This document shows, piece by piece, positions 20,671 through 30,946 of a stretch of DNA of 64,000 nt. This stretch comes from a virus (taxonomy: Duplodnaviria > Caudoviricetes): IMG/VR virus record IMGVR_UViG_2595698455_000001, positions 88,428-152,427 of that record. One strand, 5' to 3'. Below the pieces are notes generated by a model. The model saw nothing but the letters and a program-made list of their open reading frames with translations. It had not been told where the DNA came from and did not search any database. Numbering within the stretch: the first letter of the stretch is position 1; the number at the start of each line of letters is the position of its first letter. The translations under genes and the position numbers were made by a program.

Positions 20671-21544
20671 GATGACTTCTCCACTCTAGCCATTTAGGAC
20701 ATACGGAAGGAACCCAACCATTCTGGAATCTTTTGGTTATGGGTTGTATAGAATTTATTTTTTTATAACGTTCATCACCAAATACTTGACGACAAAGACA
20801 AATCCCCGTTACCCCATTCCTCCATGCTTCGTATATCAGATCGGATTTCAGATAGAAAGGAATATTTTGTTCGTTAAATCTGTTCATTTCCCAAGGCATC
20901 AAACTAGATTTCCTTTCTCTCATGAGTTTCTTACTTTCTTCGGAATGGGTTCTTCCATAGAAAGGATTCAACTCTCCGGTATTCTGACTGGAATTGGATG
21001 CAGAAATTTTGTCTCGCGTTTCTTGAGAAACAACAGCGCCAGAACGAGGGTGCCCTCTTTCTTTCCATGTTTTCTTCAACGATACCGAAGATTTTAATCT
21101 CTGCTCTGCACTGATTACCAGCCCCTTATTTCTTTCGGAAAGTTTCTTCCTGGTACTTTCCCTAAACATAGGGTTATCTACCTTCATCCTTTCAGATGTC
21201 AGTACAGACAATTCAGAATAGAATGCAATTTTCGATTCTTGGTATAATCTGGAAGTACGAATAATCCCATTCGAGTTTCGCATGCAATTAAAGGCGAACA
21301 ACATTTCTCTCGTTTTGGTTATTTTCCAAAGCAACAGATGACATACGAAATGCGCTTTGGATGATAATCGGATAAGATTTTTTGGATCTTCTCTGAAGGA
21401 CGGATACAAAGATTTTGGAAGAATATGGTGAACTTCTCCCTGGTCGTTCACCACACCCTTCGCTAAAACCTTAACATATCTATTGATAAGTGTATCCTCG
21501 GGATAATCTCTCCTGAGGATATCAATTAGATTCTGATACGCCAT
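20660..21544 (-). CDS. HNH / NUMOD3 homing endonuclease
   Basis: EVHHILPKS..NLIRLS..AHFVCH; SEETRxKIS-like and GELNPFYGRTHSEES motifs; overlaps terS and terL. Confidence 0.85.
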   Translation of the reverse strand: MAYQNLIDILRRDYPEDTLINRYVKVLAKGVVNDQGEVHHILPKSLYPSFREDPKNLIRLSSKAHFVCHLLLWKITKTREMLFAFNCMRNSNGIIRTSRLYQESKIAFYSELSVLTSERMKVDNPMFRESTRKKLSERNKGLVISAEQRLKSSVSLKKTWKERGHPRSGAVVSQETRDKISASNSSQNTGELNPFYGRTHSEESKKLMRERKSSLMPWEMNRFNEQNIPFYLKSDLIYEAWRNGVTGICLCRQVFGDERYKKINSIQPITKRFQNGWVPSVCPKWLEWRSHHGI

Positions 21545-22223
21545 TGTCTTCACCTTCTTCCTTCGGTTCCACAGGTTGTTCAGCCTGAACGTCTATCACT
21601 TCTTCGTTCGGCTTAACCTTGGACTGAGTACGCTCGTCAGCACGCTTCTTGGCATCCTCGATTGTCTTGAGTAGATCACGAGAAGAACGCGCCTGTTTCC
21701 CGACTGTAACCTTGGTTGCACCATCTGGAGATGTGGTGACCTCGACAGTCGTGTCATCTGTTGGAGGTGGCTCTTTGTCGCCTGTGACCGCCTTGATGGT
21801 CTTCTGGTTCTCCATCAGGTCTTTGTTCAGGCCGCGCATGAGTTCGCCCAACTCCTTGAAGACTGTGAACGCCCGAGGTGCTTCTGTGGTCGTTGCGAGT
21901 TTGGCCGCCTGTCCCATCATGAACATCGTGGCTTCCTGCATCGCATAAGTCGTATCACGGATGCGCTTGTAATCCGTGGTGGCGTCCGTGTCATCAAAGT
22001 CGGGGACTTTAGAATCCTTGGACTTCAGCTCTTCAGGGTCCAATGAAGGAGGGAAGACAACAGGCTCATACCCTGCAGGCTTTTCACCCAGCCACTCACC
22101 AGTAGCGGGATCATAATCTTTCCCAGCCACAGGCGCGGTCTTCTCCATCACTTCCTGAGCGACCTCATCCCGCGCTTGGATAGCGCCGAGGGTAGTCAAC
22201 AGGCGTTCTGACATAGCACTCAT
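21522..22223 (-). CDS. gp16: Terminase small subunit
   Basis: DYKRIR..APRAFTVF..L; synteny. Confidence 0.85.
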   Translation of the reverse strand: MSAMSERLLTTLGAIQARDEVAQEVMEKTAPVAGKDYDPATGEWLGEKPAGYEPVVFPPSLDPEELKSKDSKVPDFDDTDATTDYKRIRDTTYAMQEATMFMMGQAAKLATTTEAPRAFTVFKELGELMRGLNKDLMENQKTIKAVTGDKEPPPTDDTTVEVTTSPDGATKVTVGKQARSSRDLLKTIEDAKKRADERTQSKVKPNEEVIDVQAEQPVEPKEEGEDNGVSESN

Positions 22224-22225
22224 AA

Positions 22226-22921
22226 TCAATCTCCAGGATGATGTACACCGTCTTTATCGACGCGGAACCACTCTGGTAGTTCCGACCACGGCGTTTTCAA
22301 ATCATTAGACATTTCGATAATTATCTCTTTGATCCCGTTCGGATCCCCACCACCGCCGTTGTCCACCCAATAGTCATAGCCATAGATGAAACCACTGACC
22401 ACAAAGGTGAAAGTACAATCTACGTGCGGTGATTCAGAAGCGTCTCCTTCCCAGTTGTCCGACATCTGGTGACCTGTCAACTGCAGCTTAATCTTCTGAT
22501 CTTGCTGCAGTGTGTCGTTGTCCTTGATAGCACAGTCCAGAGATGGTGTGAACACAGAATAGATCTGTTCCAGCACCTGGAGCATCTCAACCAACTTCTT
22601 CGTTCGGATGTTGTACTCAAAATCGATATTGATGGGGATGCGCTGCTTCGCCCCTGCTGTCGGTGTGCTCTGGCGATTATGGAATGACTTTGTCACGCTC
22701 TTGTTTGGTTCGAATTGCCCAAAACTGAACGTCGCAAACGGCAGCATGTTGGACGGCACGTTACGATTGAGGTCATTGCGTCGCCCGATGGCCATATGCA
22801 ATGGGACTTCCATAAGACCGCGCTCTGTGTCCACCTTCAGATCAGACATGATGGTGGCGAACAGATTGATATATTTCAGCAGCGACTCATGGTAGAAGTA
22901 ATTTTCAAATGGTCTGGCCAT
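22226..22921 (-). CDS. gp15: Tail sheath stabiliser
   Basis: YFYHESL, VLEQIYSVFTP; synteny. Confidence 0.88.
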   Translation of the reverse strand: MARPFENYFYHESLLKYINLFATIMSDLKVDTERGLMEVPLHMAIGRRNDLNRNVPSNMLPFATFSFGQFEPNKSVTKSFHNRQSTPTAGAKQRIPINIDFEYNIRTKKLVEMLQVLEQIYSVFTPSLDCAIKDNDTLQQDQKIKLQLTGHQMSDNWEGDASESPHVDCTFTFVVSGFIYGYDYWVDNGGGGDPNGIKEIIIEMSNDLKTPWSELPEWFRVDKDGVHHPGD

Positions 22922-22923
22922 GA

Positions 22924-23574
22924 TTATTCTCCAAAGTCGATCTTCATCTTGTCTACTGCAAGCCCATGCTCAAGCACATCCGCCAAAGCATTGTCGGTCT
23001 TCATCGAAGAATCCTTGTACACATCCGGTTCGTTCTCTTCGTCCAGGATGGACAGGCGTTTGTCGATATCGTCGATCTCTGGCACCCCAGTATCGAAGTT
23101 TTCGTTGCCGTACTGGAACAACGTGCATGGCAGAGAGAACGTATACCATTTACCGAATTGCATGAAGTCTTCGTCATTGTTCGGGTTGTTGACCTTGAAA
23201 ATCTTGTTCGCCAGCGGTAGGTAGATCAAATCACCTTCCTGGGGCTGTTGTTCTAGGCCGACACCGTTGCCAATCACTTCTGCAAAGCGGCGACGAGAGA
23301 TAGAGAACGTGACCTCGTCCTGTAGCTGAATGCCCCCGAACTTCTCCCACATCTGGGTGTTGAAGCCCTGGTAGTCCTGCATGTACGCTTCGATGTCGAA
23401 CGCCTGATCGAATCTGTGGTTAGCATCGTTGGTGACAGGAAATTTTTCAACGATGGAACGTGGTATATACTTGATGTCTATCCCACGCAACTCAATCATT
23501 TCCTGCACCAGGTCATCAATCAGCTTTTGAGTGCCGTTGTGTCCGGTGTAATTGAAGTATCGAGAAGTAGCCAT
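22924..23574 (-). CDS. gp14: Neck protein
   Basis: KFGGIQLQDE, PQEGDLIYLP. Confidence 0.92.
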   Translation of the reverse strand: MATSRYFNYTGHNGTQKLIDDLVQEMIELRGIDIKYIPRSIVEKFPVTNDANHRFDQAFDIEAYMQDYQGFNTQMWEKFGGIQLQDEVTFSISRRRFAEVIGNGVGLEQQPQEGDLIYLPLANKIFKVNNPNNDEDFMQFGKWYTFSLPCTLFQYGNENFDTGVPEIDDIDKRLSILDEENEPDVYKDSSMKTDNALADVLEHGLAVDKMKIDFGE

Positions 23575-23632
23575 AATATTTTCCTCAAGATTTAAATATA
23601 TTTAGTTGAATTTGTTTTTAAGGTGAATCAAT

Positions 23633-24340
23633 ATGATCGTCTTGACAGAAGAAATTGCTTCTAAGAGAATCAACTCATATGCTTCTTCTAAAGGTGGAAT
23701 ATTTCACGGATTTGTCGGTGGTAAATTTGTCACCAACCAAACTAAGTGTATTTTGTTTTGTGAATCAGGCCATGAATGGCACTCAGCAACTTACGTGAAT
23801 TTGATAAACAAAGGGAGTTGGTGCCCTTCATGTCGTGGAAACAAGAAAATCTCAAATGAAGAAGCTAAAGTCAGGTTATCAGAGTATGCCGTAAGCAACG
23901 GTGGTAAATTCATAAATTTCATTGGCGGGAAGTACAGGGACAATGTGACAATTTGTGTCATGGAATGTTCTGAAACACACAGGTGGGAATCCAGGTACGG
24001 TAATTTAGTCAACAGCCGAAGTTGGTGCCCGTATTACGCAGAATCGGGTTACAATTATTCTAAGGAAGGTTTCTTATATATCCTAGTCAACGACGAAGGT
24101 TGTATGAAAGTAGGAATAACCAACTCGCCTAAGAAACGCATAAATTGTTTAAGAAGCACTACCCCATTTGACTTCAACGTTCTGGAAATATTCAATTCAA
24201 CCGACGGATTATTTGTTTCCAGGTTGGAAAGAATTTCTCATAGAATGTGTAAAAGTGCGGGGTATAAGGATTTTGACGGTGCGACTGAATGGTTTGTATA
24301 CGATGGGTCAGTCGTAGATTTTATCAGAAAGAATTTTTGA
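23633..24340 (+). CDS. GIY-YIG-like (T5orf172-type) homing endonuclease with Zn-ribbon repeats
   Basis: Two C..H.W..WCP repeats; FLYIL..MKVGIT..R..GATEWF. Confidence 0.75.
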   Translation: MIVLTEEIASKRINSYASSKGGIFHGFVGGKFVTNQTKCILFCESGHEWHSATYVNLINKGSWCPSCRGNKKISNEEAKVRLSEYAVSNGGKFINFIGGKYRDNVTICVMECSETHRWESRYGNLVNSRSWCPYYAESGYNYSKEGFLYILVNDEGCMKVGITNSPKKRINCLRSTTPFDFNVLEIFNSTDGLFVSRLERISHRMCKSAGYKDFDGATEWFVYDGSVVDFIRKNF

Positions 24341-24408
24341 AGTGGCCATATCAATACCCTCAATTTTGAAGGTATTTAGTCGAAGTTTATTCTTTTGAGG
24401 AATAGCTC

Positions 24409-24633
24409 ATGCAAGTGGAAGACATCAAAGAAACACGCGATGGTCGTCGAGTTCGTATTATCTGCATCGATGCGAAAATCGCAGACGGGGCATATGACAT
24501 CGTTGGCTTAATCAAGGAGCCAAACGGCACCGATTTCATCGAATGGTGGGATAGCAAGAACATCAGTGATTCTGGGAAGTATATCCTGGCCGGGGACAGG
24601 TCTCATATCAGTGACCACGACCTCAAGCTGTAA
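24409..24633 (+). CDS. Hypothetical protein
   Basis: TRDGRRVRIIC motif; GAGGA RBS. Confidence 0.7.
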   Translation: MQVEDIKETRDGRRVRIICIDAKIADGAYDIVGLIKEPNGTDFIEWWDSKNISDSGKYILAGDRSHISDHDLKL

Positions 24634-24636
24634 AAG

Positions 24637-24659
24637 AAAGCCGGGATAACCCGGCTTTC
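24637..24659. terminator. Bidirectional terminator
   Basis: AAAGCCGGG-ataa-CCCGGCTTT. Confidence 0.75.
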
Positions 24660-24661
24660 TG

Positions 24662-25420
24662 TTATCCCATGTAGAAGTCGATAGGGTACTGCTGTCCAGT
24701 GCGCAGTTCTTCCTCCAACCGCTCGATCTCCGCTTCGGCCTCACTGAACATAGTATCACCATCCAGCTCGATACCGCCAGGGAGACGGATGCCTCTTGCC
24801 TTCTTCAGCACTTCTGCCCAACGGCGTTTGACCAGCGCGGTTGCATATGCCTTCAGCCACATGTCATTCCATGCTTCTTCATTGCCTTCTACCTCTGGGT
24901 CTATGTTCTGGAAACATTTGAACGCCAGAGCCTCGTCCTTCGTCAGGGCGAATTGAGGATAGAGTTTGCGCTGGAATTTCTTGTACACGAAGGTGCGCTT
25001 CACGTTCAGCACACTGGTGATGTCAGACAGACGCTGCTGCATGGACACGTAGTCGATCAGGCGGATAGACACCAGCGCCGACTTCGGCACCAACATCGCT
25101 TGTGCCATCTGCCACTGAGGAGTTGCCCAGTTGCCGATAGATTCGATTGGTGGTCCTGGAATGACTTCGGTGACGTCGTCGATATCTTTGGGGAATTCGA
25201 TATAACCATTGGTAATGGTTTCTTCTGTCACTTGGTGAACAAAGAACGCGTCTTGGCTACCATCGCGATGATATTCCCAGAATTTCTGCAGAGCGTCATC
25301 CACGGCATCCGATACCTGTGTTGGGTCAAGGTTGATCTGAATTACAGGTGCCCCCAATTTCTTGAGAATGTAATTCATAAAGCCTTTACGGTCTGTGATT
25401 GAATTAACGGCCATTGCCAT
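24662..25420 (-). CDS. gp13: Neck protein
   Basis: LGAPVIQIN, WLKAYATAL, LPGGIELDG. Confidence 0.93.
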   Translation of the reverse strand: MAMAVNSITDRKGFMNYILKKLGAPVIQINLDPTQVSDAVDDALQKFWEYHRDGSQDAFFVHQVTEETITNGYIEFPKDIDDVTEVIPGPPIESIGNWATPQWQMAQAMLVPKSALVSIRLIDYVSMQQRLSDITSVLNVKRTFVYKKFQRKLYPQFALTKDEALAFKCFQNIDPEVEGNEEAWNDMWLKAYATALVKRRWAEVLKKARGIRLPGGIELDGDTMFSEAEAEIERLEEELRTGQQYPIDFYMG

Positions 25421-25742
25421 TCCTTTTGTTGCTCTGAAGATCGGCGACGGTGATACGCAGGGTGCGAACGTCGTCGGACAGACTGCTGCTATTGAGTTTT
25501 AGCTCAGCAACGTTCTGCTTGACGTAGTTGACGTCTGTGTTCAACACGGCAATCTTCTCACTCATATCGTTCACCTTGGTGAGGATTTGGTCGACCTTGT
25601 TGGAGTCACGCTCAATCACATCAAGACGGTTCTCAAATTTGCCCATCATCCAAACAACAGAGCCGACAGAGACTATCGCTGCCGTCAGCACTCCTGTGAG
25701 GATGGCTTTCACATCAATGATATTATTCGTCGACGTTGTCAT
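25404..25742 (-). CDS. Single-TM coiled-coil protein
   Basis: Hydrophobic N-terminal helix followed by heptads. Confidence 0.7.
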   Translation of the reverse strand: MTTSTNNIIDVKAILTGVLTAAIVSVGSVVWMMGKFENRLDVIERDSNKVDQILTKVNDMSEKIAVLNTDVNYVKQNVAELKLNSSSLSDDVRTLRITVADLQSNKRNGNGR

Positions 25743-25974
25743 CTTGGCCTCCTGTAGGGATTTCGATCCCGAGGTGCTCCGCCATGAGTTGTACCGTCGC
25801 TGTCAGTTGATCTATCTGCGCTGCCTGCGCTGCAATAGTCCTGTCCTTTTCTTCCTGATTTCGACGGGCGTTCAGAGCCGCTAAACCAGCAGCACTGTCT
25901 GTGCAGATGATAGCCCCAGGGCAAGAGCTACTTCTCATCATCGATGCATGCCCCTGTACTTTTACACCACGCAT
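25723..25974 (-). CDS. Hypothetical protein
   Basis: ORF with GAGGA RBS inside the late operon. Confidence 0.7.
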   Translation of the reverse strand: MRGVKVQGHASMMRSSSCPGAIICTDSAAGLAALNARRNQEEKDRTIAAQAAQIDQLTATVQLMAEHLGIEIPTGGQDDNVDE

Positions 25975-26024
25975 GATAATATCCTCTGTTGATGGCGGGG
26001 TTGCCCCCGCCTTGATAATACTAC

Positions 26025-29000
26025 TTATGCCAGAGCGATCAAACGGAAATCTTTGAACGATGGCGGTGCTGTACGGTTGCCTCTCACCAGCAGGCGGATC
26101 TTCAGGCCAACAAACGGATTGGTGCTGTCCACAGTCTTGTCGTATTCGTATTCGAAGAATGTAGAACCGTCATTGACCAGAGGGGATGTCGGTGTCACAG
26201 TTTCCCATGCCACACTATCCATCTCCTGACCTGCACGCAGCAGTTTAACCTGCACAGTCATTGAAGACTGAGAAGGCAGCATTGCGCCGAAGTACTGTTT
26301 CAGAGTAGTGCAAGGGTTATCGAAGCCGATATCCTTGGTCACGTAGCTGAACACGTCTTCAAACGGATCCACACCATAGGTGTTGAATATGATAGTGAAG
26401 TCATCACCATCGATCATCGGAGCCGTGTACACGTTGCTTTCATTGCGCGTCATGGTTGCCCGCACCTGGAAGTCACCCACTTGGCGATAGATTCCTTCCG
26501 TCGGCAGCGGCACGTCCGTATCAGATTCGAACTCAGCCCAATCAGAGAATGAGTTAGAGGTCGCATCGCGGTAGCGGTATTCCAGTTTCAACACAGAACC
26601 TTCCAGAGCTGAATTGGTCACACTTGCATAGAACATGTCGACCAAGTAGTTGCCCAGGAAAGAAGCCGCCTCGCCGCCAATCTGGCCGTCAGAGTCTGCG
26701 CTAGAACTCAGCACAACTTTGAACGTCGTGAACGTCGCATCAGTCACTGTATGCTGGATGTTCAGCTGCTCTGGAGTAAACCCACAACCTCCTGTCAGAC
26801 CGGACAATGTCACCGTTTCACCCGCAGTCAGGCCATGCCCTGGAGCGTACACAGTGACAGTTGAAGAACCATTGACACAGTTCACAGCGTTCAGACCCAG
26901 AGGACGAGTCTTCGGACCGACTTTAGCATCGAAGGTTACTATGTTGTCGCCAGCACCGAAGTTGCAGCGATACACACGGAACTTCATATCAGCAGTCTGG
27001 TTCGGAGTCCAGGTCGTACCGTTGGAAGATGTGAAGAATACGCCAGTGTACGGCTGCTTGGCGATGAACTCGTTGGTCAGCAAGTTCTTTTTACCCATCT
27101 CTGCGATGTATGCATTGTAGTCCTGAGTGTTGGCCAGGAGAACAATCGCGAACTCAGTCTGAGCCTGCAGATACACAGGATAATCAAACTTGAACATCGT
27201 CGGTACAGAAGAGTCTGTGGAGGTGAAAACTTCTGATGGGTTCAATGTCTTACGAGTAACCACTGTCGTCGCTGGCAGACCATTGCTCATCTCACGGATT
27301 TCCAGAGTGATCGGGATATCGCGAGACTTGGTGGAGAAGAACACTTCAATGCCTTCGATGTATTCGCCGCCGATGTTGGTGGCAACCATGAAGGATTGAG
27401 CAATCGGGTCATTCCACTTCGCGACTTCAACCGTTTCCGTTTTGTTTTCGGTAGACTTGGTTGCAGTGTAGCCCAGCACACGAGTGTTGACATAAGTCTT
27501 CTGGATGCCCTGTTTCTTACCAAAGGACTTGTGAACGGCCTCGGCATTGGTCAGGGTGTCATCAGCAGATTTGCTGTCTACAGGACTGTCAGTCAGACGG
27601 AACACGTTATCACCCGTGTTGAACTTGATAGTCTCGTTCTGAGGAACTGCAAACACGCCTTTGATGTTGCCATTGGCATCAGTGTTCAACGCACCGCCCA
27701 GTGTCCCGCCGTTTGGAGTACAGTACGGACTGACATCACGCCCAGAGAAGAACGGATATACACGAGTAAACGGACGCAGACCTGTGGCTTCGAAGTTGAT
27801 GTTCGTTTTGCGCATGTATGGGATAACCTGCGTTTCAACGATCTGTTCGCCAGTCAGGGTAGTGGTCGTCTTGTCGGTGTACGTGTACGTGGTGACGTCA
27901 CGGGTGGACACAGTCGTGCGGTAGCGATAGCCCCACCATACACCGCCTGCGCCATGTGGTTCCCACACACGCTCAGACACAGACACAGTACGCCATGTGC
28001 CATACACAGAACCCTCTTTGATCGCACCACGGGTGTTGATCGTTTCGTTGATCACACGTGGAGCAACATAGTAGTTCTCAAACCAGTAGTCAGTAGTCGG
28101 GTTCAGTTTCAGGAAACCTTCCCAGTTGAATACTGCATACGGGTTCACGTTGATGGTCGTGGTCGCATAGTCCTGACGTACAGAGATCTCACGGGTGTAG
28201 TTACACACAACCATTCCATCCTGAACGTTGTTCCAGCCGACTGGCGTCAGGTCAATCGCGTTCTGCTGAACAAACGGGCGCAGGCGACCATTATCAGTAT
28301 CGATGGACCCCATCCAGTCTGGAGACAGGTCGTCGATCAGACGGAAGTCTTTGAATGGATCGGCAGCGATACCATTTTTGAAGCGCGGGTTGCCAGTGAT
28401 CGGGTCGAACACCTGCTGAGTCATAGCCGAGGATTCCAGCTGAGACAGCGAGGTGTAGTATTCGACGTTGGAGATACGGGTCTCCAATTTGCCGATATCG
28501 CGCATCGTGTAGCGGCGGTTGTCGATAGTGCGGATCTGGATGTCATCGATGTTAGCTGTGTAAGGCGGGATCATCAATTCGTACAGGCGCATGCCGTTGT
28601 CTGGGATTGCAGGCGAAGCCAGATTGTTGGAGCTCACGCCACGCGCTACGTTGAACACGCCATTGTCTGCCAGGTACACAGCATCGATGCGAGGCAGATA
28701 ATATTCTGCGTCTAGGATGATCGCGGTGTTCGGACGAACCATATCGGTGTCAGAAGCGCCGCTGGTGATCTTAGGACGGAAGTCCAGGCTATCAGCCAAT
28801 CCATACACCGTACCAGAACTGGATGAAACATAGTTCGGGATGTCCTGGTAATCGATAGACGAATAGGAGTCCGCTGTGAAGAAATCACCGGAGCTGTGAG
28901 CAAAATACTGATACACCACCGTGAACGTCCCTGAAATGACCCCAGTGCCCGATAACAGGTTAGAACGGTAGTATGCAGCATCACGCTGGCCGCCGTCCAG

Positions 29001-30863
29001 AGTGAAGTTCGAGGTGACGTCAGCGCCACTTGAGTTCTTCACACTGACCAGCTTGTAGCCGTCATGGTTGCCAAGCTGTATGCTGGCCGCCGAAGTGAAC
29101 GTCACGGTCTCAGTCACTTCAGTCACGGTCTTGGTTTTGATAGTCGCTGTCGTGCGTACCATCAACGCCAAGAGGTTGATAGACTGGTTGGCAAAGCCTG
29201 CACCCAGGGAAATTTGCAGAGCCGAACCAACAGGAGTACCAGTCAGGGACAGACCTGAAGATACATCGAACTGAGCTGCAGTACCATCTGCCTTCGCCGC
29301 CGAATACAAAGAGAATTCAGGACTGAAGCTGTACCCCAGAGGAGCAGAGATAGAGCCTGCGCCAGCAGAGTTCAGAGTGATCTTGTTAGAACGCAGAACA
29401 GTGTAGTTGATATCGATGGTCCCAGTAGGCGCGAGGGTCTTCACGCCGAACACAGGCAGAGGGAAGATCAGGTCAATCGCCGAACTCTGGCTAAACTGGT
29501 TGGATTCCAGATCGCAAGAGAACATTGTTGTACCGCTTTCTTCGTATGCAACCTTGGTTACAGCACCCATGTCACCAGTCACAACCAGATCTCGCATATA
29601 CAGACGGAATTCAGTGCCAGAGCGCTCCGCTGAAATCAACAGCGCTGTGGCCTGGGTTACGCTTGAGGCGTTCAGGAACTTGTAGCGGATCGTGCGAGAG
29701 ATGACTGGAACCCCTTTGGAGTTCTTGGACACCAGGTAGTTGCCTGTGGAAACCGCCACAGGGTTGTTGTTCAATATGTCGGTGTCACGAGCCTTGTCTA
29801 TGGTGACCAGTTCTTCACCGAGATTCTCGATTCGACGGCCTCGTACATAGGAAATCCCTGGCTTCATAACAGCCACGAATTTGCTTTCGTCCCCGCCTTC
29901 GCCAGCAGTGTAGACCCCACCGTTGTTGTTCTCTTTCAGGTGCTCGCGCAGGTCGATCTGATGAGTAGAGACGTTGTAATCCCCGTTGGTCTCATAGGTA
30001 CGCTGTGCCATACTGTCTTCGAGGATGTTGTACGTGGACTGAGTCACCATGGACTGAATGCGACCATCCTTCACCTTCGCTAGTTCAACGAAGTTGGACA
30101 CTTCTTCGTTATAATCGAAGCGGGACAATACCAGGTCCACGCGGAAACGATGCGCGCCGGGGGCTTTAGAGTTTGGGGTTCCCTGAGCATTGGAGAACAG
30201 ACTTTCGTCTTCTACTTCAGTGACGATGGTCTCTGTTACTTTGAAGCCCACGCGGTGCGAAGTGGAGTTGGATGTCTTGTCCACAATCAGAGTCGCTGGC
30301 TCAACATCCAGGAACATGCCACGGACGAAGTAAACGCCTTTGGTCATGCGAGCAACGATAGAACCGCCGACAGTCGCAGCAATGCCATAACCGATACGAA
30401 TGAAGTTATCGTTCACGTCGTATGTGTTGAAATACAGATTGTCACTAACACCAAAGCCGTCAGAGGAACCGCTTTCAGTCATCTCCAGAATGGCATACAT
30501 CGTGTCGGGTTCTGAAACATAGCGCTCCAGGGACAGTACACGCGCCTTGGCGTTGTTGTCTTTACCCAGGACGTACAGTTCTGCGATGTTTTCCAGGTCG
30601 GTGAACTCAGTACCGCCAGCCAGAGTGAACTTCATGGACACTGCAGTGTTGGTGATCGTCAGGCCACCTGGGATAACCATGGAACCGTCTTTGAATAGAT
30701 GATTGCCAAGTTTCTCCAGTTGGTCCTGGAAGATGGTCTGCATCTGGTTTAGTTCACGCGTCTGAACTTTGATAGGTGCCGGACGGAATAAGATGCGCGA
30801 AAACCGCTTCTCTGGATTCCAGTCATCCCAGTACGGGCGGCGGTTGAGGTTCATTTCTTGCAT
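26025..30863 (-). CDS. Large virion protein, VriC/VrlC-like (DUF4815-like)
   Basis: 1612 aa; PYWDDW..ILFRP..QTRELNQMQ; DPIAQSF; follows the tailspike cluster. Confidence 0.88.
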   Translation of the reverse strand: MQEMNLNRRPYWDDWNPEKRFSRILFRPAPIKVQTRELNQMQTIFQDQLEKLGNHLFKDGSMVIPGGLTITNTAVSMKFTLAGGTEFTDLENIAELYVLGKDNNAKARVLSLERYVSEPDTMYAILEMTESGSSDGFGVSDNLYFNTYDVNDNFIRIGYGIAATVGGSIVARMTKGVYFVRGMFLDVEPATLIVDKTSNSTSHRVGFKVTETIVTEVEDESLFSNAQGTPNSKAPGAHRFRVDLVLSRFDYNEEVSNFVELAKVKDGRIQSMVTQSTYNILEDSMAQRTYETNGDYNVSTHQIDLREHLKENNNGGVYTAGEGGDESKFVAVMKPGISYVRGRRIENLGEELVTIDKARDTDILNNNPVAVSTGNYLVSKNSKGVPVISRTIRYKFLNASSVTQATALLISAERSGTEFRLYMRDLVVTGDMGAVTKVAYEESGTTMFSCDLESNQFSQSSAIDLIFPLPVFGVKTLAPTGTIDINYTVLRSNKITLNSAGAGSISAPLGYSFSPEFSLYSAAKADGTAAQFDVSSGLSLTGTPVGSALQISLGAGFANQSINLLALMVRTTATIKTKTVTEVTETVTFTSAASIQLGNHDGYKLVSVKNSSGADVTSNFTLDGGQRDAAYYRSNLLSGTGVISGTFTVVYQYFAHSSGDFFTADSYSSIDYQDIPNYVSSSSGTVYGLADSLDFRPKITSGASDTDMVRPNTAIILDAEYYLPRIDAVYLADNGVFNVARGVSSNNLASPAIPDNGMRLYELMIPPYTANIDDIQIRTIDNRRYTMRDIGKLETRISNVEYYTSLSQLESSAMTQQVFDPITGNPRFKNGIAADPFKDFRLIDDLSPDWMGSIDTDNGRLRPFVQQNAIDLTPVGWNNVQDGMVVCNYTREISVRQDYATTTINVNPYAVFNWEGFLKLNPTTDYWFENYYVAPRVINETINTRGAIKEGSVYGTWRTVSVSERVWEPHGAGGVWWGYRYRTTVSTRDVTTYTYTDKTTTTLTGEQIVETQVIPYMRKTNINFEATGLRPFTRVYPFFSGRDVSPYCTPNGGTLGGALNTDANGNIKGVFAVPQNETIKFNTGDNVFRLTDSPVDSKSADDTLTNAEAVHKSFGKKQGIQKTYVNTRVLGYTATKSTENKTETVEVAKWNDPIAQSFMVATNIGGEYIEGIEVFFSTKSRDIPITLEIREMSNGLPATTVVTRKTLNPSEVFTSTDSSVPTMFKFDYPVYLQAQTEFAIVLLANTQDYNAYIAEMGKKNLLTNEFIAKQPYTGVFFTSSNGTTWTPNQTADMKFRVYRCNFGAGDNIVTFDAKVGPKTRPLGLNAVNCVNGSSTVTVYAPGHGLTAGETVTLSGLTGGCGFTPEQLNIQHTVTDATFTTFKVVLSSSADSDGQIGGEAASFLGNYLVDMFYASVTNSALEGSVLKLEYRYRDATSNSFSDWAEFESDTDVPLPTEGIYRQVGDFQVRATMTRNESNVYTAPMIDGDDFTIIFNTYGVDPFEDVFSYVTKDIGFDNPCTTLKQYFGAMLPSQSSMTVQVKLLRAGQEMDSVAWETVTPTSPLVNDGSTFFEYEYDKTVDSTNPFVGLKIRLLVRGNRTAPPSFKDFRLIALA

Positions 30864-30946
30864 TTAATACCTCCAAATGTTGTTGTATTATTTAGTTGTT
30901 GCACCCCCAAATGTTATTTGGGTGGGGATTACACCCCACCCGTCTA

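Noticed and set aside
27396-28715. 439-aa plus-strand ORF
   Set aside because: Antisense shadow of the VriC-like gene
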